Of a DNA stretch of 64,000 nucleotides, positions 51,760 to 64,000 are shown piece by piece. The stretch comes from Chiloscyllium plagiosum (taxonomy: Eukaryota): NCBI RefSeq assembly GCF_004010195.1, contig NC_057719.1, positions 20,733,753 to 20,797,752 of the forward strand, read 5' to 3'. Every line of letters begins with the position of its first letter. The first letter of the stretch is position 1. Both the position numbers and the translations under genes were made by a program. Below the pieces are notes generated by a model. It had not been told where the DNA came from, did no database searches, and was given only the letters and a program-made list of their open reading frames with translations.

Positions 51760-54465
51760 GACATGGCAGGGCAGGTGATGTGCTGTGACTGCAGGATAAT
51801 GGAGCTTCTGGATACCAGTTGAATCCAGGGCAAACACAATTGCAATAAATGTTTACAGCTATCGGAGCTATGGCTCAGAGTTATTGAGCTTGAGGCCAAG
51901 GTGCGGACACTGTGACACATCAGAGAGAGAGAGAAAGGTACCTGGATACTTTATTCTTGGAGGCAGGATAGGGTCTTCTGATTCAGTCAGCAGTCAGGGA
52001 CAGGATGATGTGGCTGTAAGTGAGACAGGTAAGAGGACCCAGACATCAGGAGGGTGGAAGCTTTTGTAGTTGTCTAACATGTTTGAGTTTTGCTTTCAGT
52101 TTATTTGGATGAGAATGAGGGTTGCATGTTTCGTGAATTAACTAACCATGGCACTTTGGTACAGGTAGATTGTCAGTGGGATCACAAAGAGTGAATATAG
52201 TGGCAGTCGGGGACAATGTAGTGAGGGGAAACTGTTCTCAGTAGCAATGTGTGTGAGTCCAGATGGCTGTTTTGTCGTCTGGTTCCAGCGTTTAGAATGT
52301 CTTCCCTGCGCTGGAATAGAGTTTGCAGTGGGTGGGGACCATCCAGTGGCCATTATCCACATCAGGAAATATGATGAGTGAGATACTATATTAACAAAAC
52401 AGAACCTCAAATTAACAATCTCTGTATTGCTATCTGGTCCATATGCTAGTAGGATGAATAAGATAAGCAAAATGAATGGATGGCTCAAAGGCTGGTCATT
52501 AGTCATAGAGTCATCGAGATGTCCAGCATGGAAACAGACCCTTCATTCCAACTCGTCCATGCTGACTAGATATCCTAACCTAAACTAGTCCCATTTGCCA
52601 GCACTTGGCCCAAATCCTTCTTATTCATATTCCCATCCAGATGTCTTTTAAATGTTGCACCACTTCCTCTGGCAGCTCATTCCTTACACGTGTGTTTTGG
52701 TTCATGAACACTGGCCCCAATACTTGGTAAAGTTGGCTCTGAAGTGTTGTGACGGCCCATACCTGATCTATGCTGGGACTAGTTTCCTAGTAAACTGAAT
52801 ACCCAGTGAATTACAGAAGGCTTTTAATTAAATTAAGGATCGATTCTGAGTGGGTGTCACAAATCATGAGGTAGAGTCAAGGCTGGAAAACAAAGTAATA
52901 ATGTAACAAATTTAGGGAAGAAGACAGCAGGAAAGGAGAGACAGAGAAAAGTAAAACTTAAGAATGCATCAACAATAAAGATTAGCTTTTACAAATATAA
53001 CAGAAAGACAAAACTAGAGGTTCTGTAGTTGAATGCATGTAGCATTCGTAACAGTGTGAATGAATCAATAGCACACATCGATAAATATGACCTGATAGCC
53101 GTTATAAAGATGCTGCTGTGTCCTGACAAGGATTGGGTGCTGAAGATTGAGGGGAATATGGCATTCAAGAAAAATAAACTGGGAAAAGGTGGAAGAGTGT
53201 TATTATTAATCAATATTGCATAAAAACAAGTTTGAGATGACCTCAATTCAGGGTGTAGAATTGGATCGGGGACAGATGAAAAATAGGAAGAGCAATAAGT
53301 CACTGCTAGCAATGGTCATGTAGATGAAGAATTCATAACTCTTGGGCCATTTTTTTTGTACAGGGCTTTCTGGAACCAACAAGAGAGCAGGTTATATTTG
53401 ATTTGGTATTGTGTAAAGAGACACGATGAATTAATGACTACAGTGTGAGGCACACCAAGGTAGCAGCAATTAAAATATGATTGAAATTTACATCCCATTA
53501 GAACTGGAGTGAGTCTAAGAGGACTATTTTAAACTTAAATAGAAACGACCACGGGGGTGTGAAATTGAGACAGCTGAAGTGAACTGGAATAGTAGGATCA
53601 AAGATAGATTAATACAGAAGGACAGTGGCAGACATTTATGGGAACACCTCAGAATACACTTACATCTACTGTAAGAACAATTCCAGTGGAAGATCTACCA
53701 TTCATTGTTAAGTCAAGGAAAGCATCAAACTTAATGTGAAAATAATACATAAACCGAACTAAGGTGCATAGAGGTCAGGTGATTGTTATGTATGTAAAGA
53801 ATGTTAAAGGATGACAAAAATCATGAGAATCATGAGAAAGTAATCAGAGTATGAAAGGAAAGTTAACTAGAAGGATAACAAGACTTCCTACTGGTATCTA
53901 AAGAGGAAAAGGATAAGTAAAGTTCATCGTCTACAGAGTGAGAGTGTGGAGTTATTAGTAGATAATAAGAAAATTGTGGATGAAAGAAACAAATATTCTG
54001 CCTTCACTACATAGTGTCCACAAAGAAAATATCCCAGTAATAACTGTAAATTAGCATAGAGAGAAGAGCTTAGTGAAATTATAATCACCAGGGAAGCAGT
54101 GCTGAGCAAACTGATGACGCAGCAGGATTACAAGTGCTCGGATGCAAAATGACGTCATCCGATGATCTCAAGAAAGGTTGCTGATAAGGCAGGGTAGATA
54201 TATATTGATGCTCATTTTGCAAGACTCCTCAGGTTTCAGAAAGATTCCATCAGATTGTAAAGTAGCAAACATACCGCTTGTAATCAAGAAGGAAACGGAA
54301 GAAAACAGGAACTTTATGTATGTCATGGGAAAGGTGTTAGAACTGATTATAAAGGAGGTTATATCAGTGAAATTAGAAAAACACAAGGTAATCAGCATGA
54401 GTCAGCATAGTTTCCTCAAAGGGAAATCATATTCAACCAACTTACTTGAACTGTTTGAAGGTGCA
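51760..54465 (+). mobile_element. Old CR1 (ORF1 + endonuclease + start of RT), with a younger antisense CR1 tail at 52497-52690
   Basis: CCDCRIM..CNKC, NACSIRN..YDLIAV, KGGRVLLLI, IPSDCKVANIPL, SQHSFLKGKSYSTNLLELFE. Confidence 0.8.
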
Positions 54466-54479
54466 ATTTTCTTTTGTCT

Positions 54480-54955
54480 TAGCACTTGCCCTTACTGACC
54501 AGGTTTCCTGAACTAGTCCAATTTGCATGAGTTTGGCCCATATCCCTCACTACTACCACCTTTACCACCTCCTCAGGCAACTCATTCCACATACATGCCA
54601 CCCTCTGTGTGAAAACATTGCCCCTCAGGTCCATTTTAAATCTTTCCCCTCGTATCCAAAACCTGTGCCCTCTCGATTTTCGATTCCTCTATCCTGGGGA
54701 AAAGACATTGGCTATTCACCTTACCTATGCCCTGCATGATTTTATAAATCTTTAAGGTCACACCCCAGCCTCCTACGTTCCAGGGAAAAAGGTTCCAGCT
54801 TATCCAGCCTCTCCTTATACCTTAAACCTTCCAGCCTCGGTAATACCCTTTCCATTTAATAACGCCCTTCCTATAGCAGGGTGACCAGAATTGCATGCAG
54901 TACTCCAAATGTAACTTACTAATATCCTGACAGCTGTAACATAATATCACAATTC
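54480..54955 (-). mobile_element. CR1 3' fragment
   Basis: HLEYCMQFWSPCYRK; antisense ACCCTCTGTGTGAAAA..TTGCCCCTCAGGTC. Confidence 0.85.
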
Positions 54956-55094
54956 CTAAACACAAGGAATTCCTTTTTAAAATCAATTGGTCACTGAAAA
55001 TCCCAGGTTTTAAAATCAAATCAATTTGAAAATTATTTGTAATTTTTTATCACTATGTAATAATGTGGAAATCTTTCCAATCAGACTACTGCTC

Positions 55095-55171
55095 AACAAA
55101 AAACAAAAGAACTGTGCACGCTGTAAATCAAAAACAACAGAAATTGCTGGAAAAGCTCAGGAAGTCTAGCA
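55095..55171 (-). mobile_element. Family B fragment
   Basis: AACAGAAATTGCTGGAAAAGCTCAG matches 27230-27256. Confidence 0.6.
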
Positions 55172-55859
55172 AATTACTGCTTCATCACAACACAGAAACA
55201 GTTTTAATTAGAATCACACATTACAACCCTGTTCCTCTGTGATATATGTCAATTGTTCTTCTCAAGCTCTTTGCAATGTTTGGCACAAACGAATCACTAT
55301 GTTCTCCCAGGTTTACATCCCCAATTCAGTTACTGATCATATCACAGCCAGATTCTCCCCAGCCAAAGGTTCTGCAACCATTTCCTCTAGTTGCCTTTGA
55401 GTCTCTAAAACTACATCCTTAGTTCCCATTTCTTTCCACATCCATATAATGACCCTTGGTAACATCACCTGAAGACTTGGGGTCCATTATTAAAACAGTG
55501 CTCTCTCTGAGATTGCTTCTCTCGATGTCTGCATTTAAGACTTGCGCAAATTGAGAAGCAGCGATGCATAACAGAGAGCTGCATTGATATTGCCCATTTT
55601 ACATTGTCACATAATGACAGAATTACCCCGCATTTCGACTTTTCAGAGCTGATGATTGCAAAAGGTTTCAAAATATTAAAGTAACTTGAGTAGATAGCCA
55701 TGGGAAAAATGTTTTTGGTGGTGAGAGAGGCCAAATCTCAAGGCTATAAACAGAAATTAGTTGCAAATTAATCAAATATGGAATTCAGTAAACACTTCTT
55801 AAACCAAAGGTGCAGAATGTGTGAGCAGAGTTGAGGTGAAGCATTTTAAAGGGATATGA

Positions 55860-56500
55860 TGTCTAGTGGAGTTCTGCAGGGGTCCGTGTTGGGACTGCAA
55901 CTATTCATTTTATACATTAAAGATCTGGATCAATGAACTGAGAACATTGTTGCTGAATTTGCAGATGATGTATAGATAGGTGGAAAGATATTTAGTGTTG
56001 AGGAATCAGGAGGTGGCAGAGGACTGGGACAGGCTAGGAGGGTGGGCTAAGGAGTAACAGATGACAAACAATGTGGGAAAGTGTGAGGTTATGTACTTTG
56101 GTCGGAAGAATAGTCTATTTTCTAAATGGAGTAAAGCTTCAGAAATCTGAAGCACAAAGGGACTTGAGAGTCCCAGTTCAGCATTCTCTGAAGGTTAACA
56201 TGTAGGTTCAGTTGGCAGTTAAGAAGGCAAATGTGATGCTAACAATCATTTCGCGAGGACTAGAATACAAGAACAGGGTGGTGAATCTGTGAAACTCATT
56301 GCTGTAATGGACTGTGGAAATCAAGTCACTTTAAGTGTATTTAAGACAGAGATGGATAGATTCTTGTTTGGTAAGGGGATCAAGGGTTACATGGAGAAGC
56401 AAGGAGAATGGGATTAAGAAACATATCAGCCATGATTGAAAAGCAGAGCAGATTCGATGGTCTGAATGGCCTAATCCTGCTCCTAAATCTTATGGTCTTA
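55860..56500 (+). mobile_element. Old CR1 RT/3' fragment
   Basis: SGVLQGSVLGLQLFILYIKDLD, EFADD; tail CCTGCTCCTAAATCTTATGGTCTTAT. Confidence 0.82.
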
Positions 56501-57342
56501 TAATCTTCTGGCTTCTAGCCACAATGTTTTTTATGGCTGGCCCTGTCATGACTTGGAACTTGTTATAATAAGGAGAAATGTGAGCAAGTTTTGAAAATAA
56601 ATTAGAAGGAAAGAGGAAGAGAGGTCTTGTGGCTTCTAACTCAGAAATCATTCACACAATGTAAATGACAAAGTCATGATGTTGTCAGCAAGGTAAGAAA
56701 CCTTTGCAATTATTTTACTTCATCGCAATTCTCAGTGGGATCTCAATAATGCCACCAGCGATGAGTAACTTTGATCTAATTCAATTCATTTTATTTAAAT
56801 TAGAAAGTGCTTTCTGAAAAAGTAGCATACGGAGAAGTGTGGACTAAGTAAAAACACCACTTGAGTACCATATTCACTCTCGGCTGAATGTATTTTTAAT
56901 GAGTGTTCAAACACTCCCAAAGAACTGTTAAAAAAATTGGAACACCGATTGAAGATAATTTTTTATTGTTATTTTTGATGCTTTGAGTTAGATTAACTAG
57001 AGTTTTTTTCTGGATTCTATTAGTGCAAAAATCCAAGCAAATATAAAAGGCAACTTTAGTCATGCTGAGGCTCAGTCAAGCTTTTTTTGTCTTTGTAAAG
57101 CTGCTTTTTCTGATAATCTCCTTCACACAGAGTATGGAATATTACGTTAATAACCAAGGCAGTATTCCAAATGATGAAAGGTTTTGACTGATGCATGGAG
57201 AAACTGGTTCCACTGGCAAAATGTAACTGGCTATTGAACCTGAGGAAGCGTATTTTTTAAACAAGGAGTCTTATAAACTAGAGCACATGGTTTGAAAGAT
57301 TAGTAGAAGCAGAGTCAGTAGGAACTGTCTAAAGGAAATTGG

Positions 57343-57474
57343 GGAGAAAGTGAGGTCTGCAGATGCTGGAGATCAGAGATGGAAATGTGTTGCTGGAAAA
57401 GCGCAGCAGGTCAGGCAGCATCCAGGGAACAGGAGAATCGACGTTTCGGGCATTAGCCCTTCTTCAGGAATGCG
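57343..57474 (-). mobile_element. Penelope-like family A monomer, 14-bp TSD, inside an old CR1 3' remnant (about 57170-57620)
   Basis: TAAAGGAAATTGGG at 57330-57343 and 57475-57488. Confidence 0.9.
57440..57467 (-). ncRNA. Minimal hammerhead ribozyme core (family A)
   Basis: Minus strand CUGAAGA-A-GGGC-UAAU-GCCC-GAAAC-GUC. Confidence 0.75.
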
Positions 57475-58684
57475 TAAAGGAAATTGGGTACCTATTTGAT
57501 AAGGAAATACTCACAAGGGTAGAGCAGGACTGAAATTGGCACAAATTAAATGGCCTATTTCAGAGAGCCTGCAGAAGTTCAGTGGGCCAAATGGCCTTCT
57601 ACTCAGTTGTATGATTCTTTGGCTGTATTGTGAATTAAGGAAAACCTCAGTTTCTCTATGCTGTGTTCAGTTTTATGGATTGAAACTCATAAAGAATACA
57701 TTGGCATTGAAGAGATAAAACACAGACTCACCACAATTCTACCAGTTCTTAATGAGTTAAATTATGAGGACTGATAACTTTTTCCAAGAACCAATCTATG
57801 GACAATGGGCCAAATAGCAATGTCAATGTTTTATGTTTTTAATGTGCCAGTTTGATACGTATCTTTTTTTGTCTTAAGCTACACAACATCATGGAGACAA
57901 CAGCCATTAGCCCTGGAGCACAGTGATAATGAAAATGGATCTTCTAACTATATTCTTTAAATCATTGAATGATTTCACTAATCATTGCTTAATTGCACTT
58001 TTTTTGTTCTTTTTTAGTTGAAGAGTCTTGTTTAGAGAACAAATTGTTCTTTAAATAAAACAATTTCTTTCGAAATCATAAGCTGCCTTGAAGGTTTGTG
58101 TTATTCTGGAATCTACACCATAGCAGCAGCTGTGGTTGAAATGGATAGCACACTCAAATCTCAGTCAGAAGACTATGGCCACAAAATCTGAGCTGTTTCT
58201 TCATTGCAATGTCAACAGAATAATGAATTTTCAGAGTTGTGTCAGTGAAGTGTTTAAAACAAGACCCTCTTTCTTTCCCAGTAAAAGATTTACACAAAGG
58301 AGAGTAGGGTGTTATACAATGAACAATCATATGAGTGAATATTAATAGGCATTATTAAATAGGTCTATAGAGGGCTTGGTAAGTGAGGACATCAGATAAA
58401 CCCTACATGCTCCAATTCCATGTGATCTGGTGTTATGAAAATGGATCTCAGTTTGAACATGCATGTTAGCTAATCTTAGTCTAAATGCACAATTAATACT
58501 TCACTCCACATCTCCCCCCAAGTTTGTTTACCGTCATCCTTTTAACCATTAACACTTAACTCTTTCATTCTACATCCAAATAGTGACAAAGTCTCTTTCA
58601 CTTCAGGCACTAACCATGAATAGCATTCTCAGTTCACTTCTTGGAGGACCAAATGCTTAATAAATATGCTTCTTTGTCTCACAG

Positions 58685-58980
58685 AGCAGCATGATGACTC
58701 AATGGTTAGCACTGCTGCCTCACAGCACCAGGGACCTGGATTCACTACCCACCCCAGGCGACTGTCTATGTGGAATTTACACATTCTCCGGGTGTCTGCG
58801 GGGATTTCCTCTCACAATCCAAAGACGTGCAGGCTGGGTGAATTGGCTATGCTAAATTGCTCATAGTGTTCAGTGATATGTAGATTAGATGCATTAGTCA
58901 GGGGTAAATGTAGGGTAGGGGGATGTGTTGGAGTGGACTTGTTGAACCAAATGGCCTGTTTCCACACTGTAGGGACTCTA
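58685..58980 (+). mobile_element. HE1/V-SINE-type SINE
   Basis: TGGTTAGCACTGCTGCCTCACAGCACCAGGGACC, V-domain, GGCCTGTTTCCACACTGTAGGG. Confidence 0.88.
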
Positions 58981-60433
58981 CAACAGTCTGGTGGCCCAGT
59001 ACATTGGTGGAGTCTGATGACAGCCTGTCTAAGACAAGAACATCTTTGGAACACCATCAGAAAGTAGAAGTGTATCATTATCAATAAGAAAAAAGGACTT
59101 CTGGACCAGAATCTAAGATGTTCATAAATAGCTCCGCAGCCTGCAGACCAAATGGCCAATTGGCTTACTTTCTTTGTTATTATATTAATTTTTTCATATT
59201 ATATCATCCCTATTCTGGTGAGCTCCATCATTACTAAAAAATTGCTTCTGCATGACAGTTTTCTGAACAGTTAAATGAAAATTTTTGTTTTCCCTTTCAA
59301 CAGTTTCTTTTTCAAAAGTGTGTCATCACTCAATAATGGTAATAGAAAGTTTTCCTGAGATAATTATGCTCAGTGATCTTCAAGCTCTGAATGTTGCAGC
59401 ATTAATTGCAGAAGAATAGAAGCTGATTCTGCAAAAGAGTTCTGGAAACGTATTTTGTGTTTTGTTTTGTGTTAGCTTCCAAGACTTGATTTTGCAGTGT
59501 AACTGCTAAGAGTTCTGCTTTCAGTTCATCAGTCTTTAATGTAGTTGGACTTTTCCAATTCTTGGTTACTTTTCCTATTTCTGAGTTTCTTTTGATGCTC
59601 AACTTTAAGCTGCTTGAAGGCAGTATTCACTTCTAAAATTTCTGAATGCTCAACATTTGCATGATCCAGCTTGGAACTTTTCATTGCTGACAGCAACTGA
59701 GCAATTGCCGATTTCTGGCCAATTTCTGATGTGTAACGCTTTTCTCTAAATGTGTCAAATTTCTCTTCATGTCATTGATTCATGATTGTAAATATATGCT
59801 GCATTCAATTTACTTCTTACAATGCAGTTGGGGCATATTCCACCCTGAGTGAAGTTTGTGACTCTATATTGAAGTTTTGAGATCTCTTTATTGTATGACT
59901 GAAGATCTCTTCTGAATTCATAATCTAAAACATCTCAGATATGGTGGTCATTTTGCTGGCAATATAGTTAATTTGAAGTTTTGCTTGCTTTTATTAATGA
60001 TTGAACTAATTTAGAATCTCGTTCCTGCTTCCACATACTGGCCGGCTTTCGACAGGGGGATGAACTGTTTCATCTAAATGTGGTTATAGTTGCAGTAGGC
60101 TGCAACTCATTGGTAGTTACTATGGAATAGGTATACAACATGACCTTTTCTTTCACCTTCAACAGAGGGATGATTCTCTTCATCAGAGACAGAAGAGAGT
60201 CTAATAGTGATATCTGAATAAAAGAGTACAAGAAAGTTGAAAGCCTCTGAAGTTACCACAACTGGTACACAAGAACCCATGGTATTAAAATATGCGTATT
60301 AGCATGGATAGATGACTGACTAACTATTAGATTACAGGAAGTAGAAATAATAGGAGCATTTTTAGCATGGCAACCTGTAACTAGTGGAATGCCACAGAGA
60401 CCATTGTGGCTGGCCTTCAATTATATTTGTTAA

Positions 60434-60630
60434 AATGATTGTTTCTACTATTACACACATTTCTTCAACGCGAATTGGCTATAACGCGATTGAAGAATTT
60501 AGACCATTATTTGTAGAATGCAAACATTCCTTACTTGTATTAGCTATTACATAATTCTGGCTCCATTGGTTTAAACAATGCTGCTATTATGCACGGGAAC
60601 AGAACTATTGCATTATATCAGAACTGACTG
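60434..60630. mobile_element. Probable Tc1/mariner (Tigger-like) MITE inside CR1
   Basis: Interrupts the CR1 RT; right end reads CAGTCAGTTCTGATATAATGC on the minus strand; internal TATAACGCG motif; left end degenerate. Confidence 0.5.
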
Positions 60631-61381
60631 TCTACCAAAGACTTGGATGCGGGGTGTGAATTTATTATCACCAGGTTTGTGGATGGCACAAACATAGATG
60701 GGAACACATGTAGTGAGGATGAAACAAAAAGCCAACAGAGGAAAATAGACAGATGAAATGAATGGGGAAAAAATCTGGCAAATGGAGTATAATGTAGGAA
60801 AACGGGAGGTTGCACATTTTGGTAGGATGAATAGAAGATCTGAATGTTATTTAAATGGAGGAGGGCTGAAGAAAGCTGCAGCACAGAGTGATTTTGGGGA
60901 TTTCATGTATGAATCAGAAAAAAATAGCATTCAGGTTTAGCACGTAATAGGGAGGGCAATGAAACATTGGCTTTCATTTCAAAGGGAATGGTGTATCAAA
61001 TATGGAAAGTATCATAAATTGCTAAAATTACGCAAGGCATTGGTCAAATCACAACTAGTCTACTGTAAAAAGCTTTGATCCCCTTATCTAAGGAAGGGTA
61101 TACTGTCGTTGGATGAAGACCCGAGAAGGTTTATTTGGGCGATCCCAGATCTGGAGAAACTGAGGACAGAGGAAATTAAGTAGGTTGAACTTGTACTCAA
61201 TGGAGTTTAGAAGAATGAAAGGAGACTTTATTGAAACATACGATGTGGAGATGTTTTCTTCCTCTTGTGGACAAGTTTAAGAGCAGAGGGCATAAGAAGA
61301 AGGCCATCACCCATTTAAGACAGAGATGAGGAGATTTTATTTTCACATTGAAGATGGCGAATTGGAATAATTCTTTACTGC

Positions 61382-61500
61382 ATTCTGGATTCATGGTGCT
61401 GGAAGAGCACCGCAGTTCAGGCAGCATCCGAGGAGCTGTGCTCTTCCAGCACCACTAATCCAGAATCTGGTTTCCAGCATCTGCAGTCATTGTTTTTACC
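61382..61500. mobile_element. Family A-related inverted element lacking the ribozyme core
   Basis: ATTCTGGATT..TGGTGCTGGAAGAGCAC is inverted against GTGCTCTTCCAGCACCA..AATCCAGAAT. Confidence 0.75.
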
Positions 61501-61814
61501 TAACTGTTGAGGTTGGGTCATTAAATACATTCAAAGTGGTGATAGTCAGATTTTTAATCAACTAGAGAATCAAAGGTTCGAGGAAAAGACAGGAAAGTGC
61601 AGGGGAGGATTTTTGATCAACAACGAATGATGAAACAGAGCTTATTGGTCAAATGGCTGACTTGCTCTTACATCTTATGGTCTCTGCCACTACTGAGTGA
61701 ACAACAGCAATGGGATCCTTCTTTGTGACTTTATCTTGAAAGAGCAAGATAAGGTCTAAGATTCCACGTCGTTTTTGTTTTTGATGCATTTATTCTGACA
61801 TTTTTAGCTCATCA

Positions 61815-63360
61815 TTGGAAGCATCAAAATGGATCAGTCCCCAGCACTGGACCAGATATATCCAAGGTTACTACAGGAAGCAAGGAATGAGATTGTTATG
61901 CCTCTGGCAATGATTTTTGCATCCTCACTCTCCAAGGGAGTAGTACCAGATGATTGGAGGGAGGCGAATGTTGTTCCTCTGTTCATGAAAAGGGAATAGG
62001 GAAATCCCTGGGAATTACAGACCAGTCAGTCTTACATCTATGGTAAGCAAGGTACTGGAAGGATTCTGAGAGATAGGATTTATAACTATTTGGAAAAACA
62101 TAGCTTGATTAAAGATAGCGTAGCTTTGTGAGGGGTCAGTCATGCCTCACAAGCTTATTGAGTTCCTGAGGATGTGATGAGACAAGTCAATGAAAGTCGA
62201 GCAGTGGATGTGGTGCATATGGATTTCAGTAAGGCATTTGATAAGGTTCCCCCGGTAGGCTCATTCAGAAAATTAGGAGGCGTGGGATACAGGGAAATTT
62301 GGATGTCTGGATACAGAATTAGCTGGCTGAAAGAAGACAGCGAGTGGTACTGGATGGCAAGTATTCTGCCTGAAGATCGGTGACCAGTGGTGCCCGCAGG
62401 GATCTGTACTTGAGCCTCTGCTCTTAGTAGTTTTTATGAATGACTTGGATGAAGGATTGGAAGGGTGGCTTAGTAAGTTTGCCAATGACACAAAGGTCAG
62501 TAGTGTTGTAGATAGTGTTGAGGACTGTTGAAGGTTAGAACAGGACATTGACAGGATGCAGAGTTGGACTGAGAAGTGGCAGATGGAGTTCAACCACAAT
62601 AAATGCAAAGTGATTCATTTTAGAAAGTCAAATGTGAATGCTGAATACAGGATTAAAGATAGGATTCTTGGCGGTGAAGAGGAACAGTGGGATCTTGAGA
62701 TCCACATACACAGATCCCTCAAAGTTGCCACCCAAGTTGAGAGGTTGCTAAGAAGGTGTACGGTGTGTTGGCTTTCATTAACAGGGGGATTGAGTTTAAG
62801 AACCATGAGGTTTTGCTGCAGCTCTATAAAACCCTGATTAGACCACACTCTGAATATTGTGTCCAGTTCTGGTTGTCTCATTATAGAAAGGATGCAGATG
62901 CTTTAGAGAGGGTGCAGAGAGGATTTACTAGGATGCTGCCTGGATTGGAATATTTGTCTTATGAAGAGAGGTTGAGTGACAATGGTTTTTCACACTGGAG
63001 AGAAAGAGGAAGAGAGGTGACTTGATAGAGGTGTACAAGGTAATGAGAGGCATAGATAGAATAGAGAGCCAGAGACTTTTCCCCAGGGCAGAAATGGCTG
63101 TCATAAGGGGGTCATAATTTTAAGGTGATTGGAGGAAGGTATAGGGGAGATGTCAGAGGTAGGTTCTTTACACTGAGAGTGGTGGGTGCGTGGAATGCAC
63201 TGCCAGCGGCGATAGTAGAGTCAGAGACATTAGGGACATTTAAGCGACTGCTGGATAAGAATATGGATGGCAGTAAATTAGATTAAGATAAATGCTTAGC
63301 ACAACATTGTGGACTGAAGGGCCTGTACTGTGCTGTACTGTTCTATGTTCTATGTTCTAA
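61815..63360 (+). mobile_element. CR1 LINE, RT to 3' tail
   Basis: NYRPVSL, VDVVHMDFSKAFDKVP, SKFANDTK, IRPHSEYCVQFW; tail GTTCTATGTTCTATGTTCT. Confidence 0.95.
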
Positions 63361-64000
63361 TCCTTTGAACGAATGAAACAGTTTCTATTACCTTTTGTAA
63401 CTCCAGGAAGTAGAGTATCTTGTAGTGGACAGTGATTTCCGGGACATTGAGTTGTCTTCGGTGTTTTCAGTATATATGAACTGAAGAATATTTGAAGCTA
63501 CACAGAAAATCTGTCTAATAAATAAATATAATATTTAGTATTAATATACAAGTTTAAGTGATTTGTTTTGCATTGGGGAAAAATGTAGCATGAATCTTCC
63601 ACTCTGATTTTATACAATTTATTCTGCGGTGTTGAATGGAGGATGATCTGAGAATAATTGACCTACGTCAGTCTCTGAAAGAATTAACACATTGATGTCT
63701 GTACACAATTTTTTTCATTTCTTGCCATTAATCATGATATCTGCATTGCAGTTTCATCTTCTCACTCTATACAATGAAATAATCTAAAATTTGGCTATGG
63801 GTCTGTCAAATCCCCCAAGAATCATTAATTCTGCCCTTTCCATGTTCTGAACTACTTGAACATCTGCAGATTGTAGTGGTCTTTGCTCAATTTTCTGTGC
63901 TGCTGCTGTAGCTGTGATATAGTCCCAATCTTGGTACTCACAACTCTTGACAAAATGGTCTGGGAAATGTTCCTGCTAGTGGTTTTCCACAATGACATTA

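Larger units (their letters stand above)
60280..61685 (+). mobile_element. Old CR1 RT to 3' end, with nested insertions
   Basis: WQPVTSGMPQ, RFVDGTNI, IWQMEYNVGKREVAHFG; tail CTTACATCTTATGGTCT. Confidence 0.82.

Noticed and set aside
60145..60270. Plus-strand acceptor (CTTTTCTTTCACCTTCAACAG) and possible exon
   Set aside because: Stops in all three frames and only a weak donor; a non-coding exon cannot be excluded but is unsupported
1..64000. CRISPR array, operon or prokaryotic defence system
   Set aside because: No regularly spaced repeat-spacer structure or dense intact ORFs; the sequence is vertebrate repeat-rich DNA

Overview
Repeat-dense, AT-rich eukaryotic DNA with no recognisable host protein-coding exon, so probably intergenic or a large intron. 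The repeat set (HE1/V-SINE-type tRNA SINEs, CR1/HER1-type LINEs, Deu-domain SINEs) points to a cartilaginous fish (shark); this is inferred from recalled family sequences. The ORFs I could assign are decayed pieces or antisense frames of transposons: many CR1 LINEs (one about 3.5 kb with ORF1 and most of ORF2), a second APE-RT LINE family, L2 and Rex/Babar remnants, two Gypsy remnants, three Harbinger transposase remnants and a probable Tigger-like MITE. Two things stand out. (1) About 19 short non-coding insertions fall into three sequence families, many folded back on themselves and many with 10-16 bp target-site duplications. All three families carry a minimal hammerhead ribozyme core (CUGANGA-A-stem II-GAAA-N-NUH) with different stem II sequences, matching Penelope-like/retrozyme-type elements. 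(2) One LINE copy has its endonuclease ORF directly headed by a tRNA-derived Deu-SINE promoter region, and a short SINE in the window is that same head plus the LINE tail. Boundaries of decayed elements are approximate, and family names come from motif recognition, not database searches.
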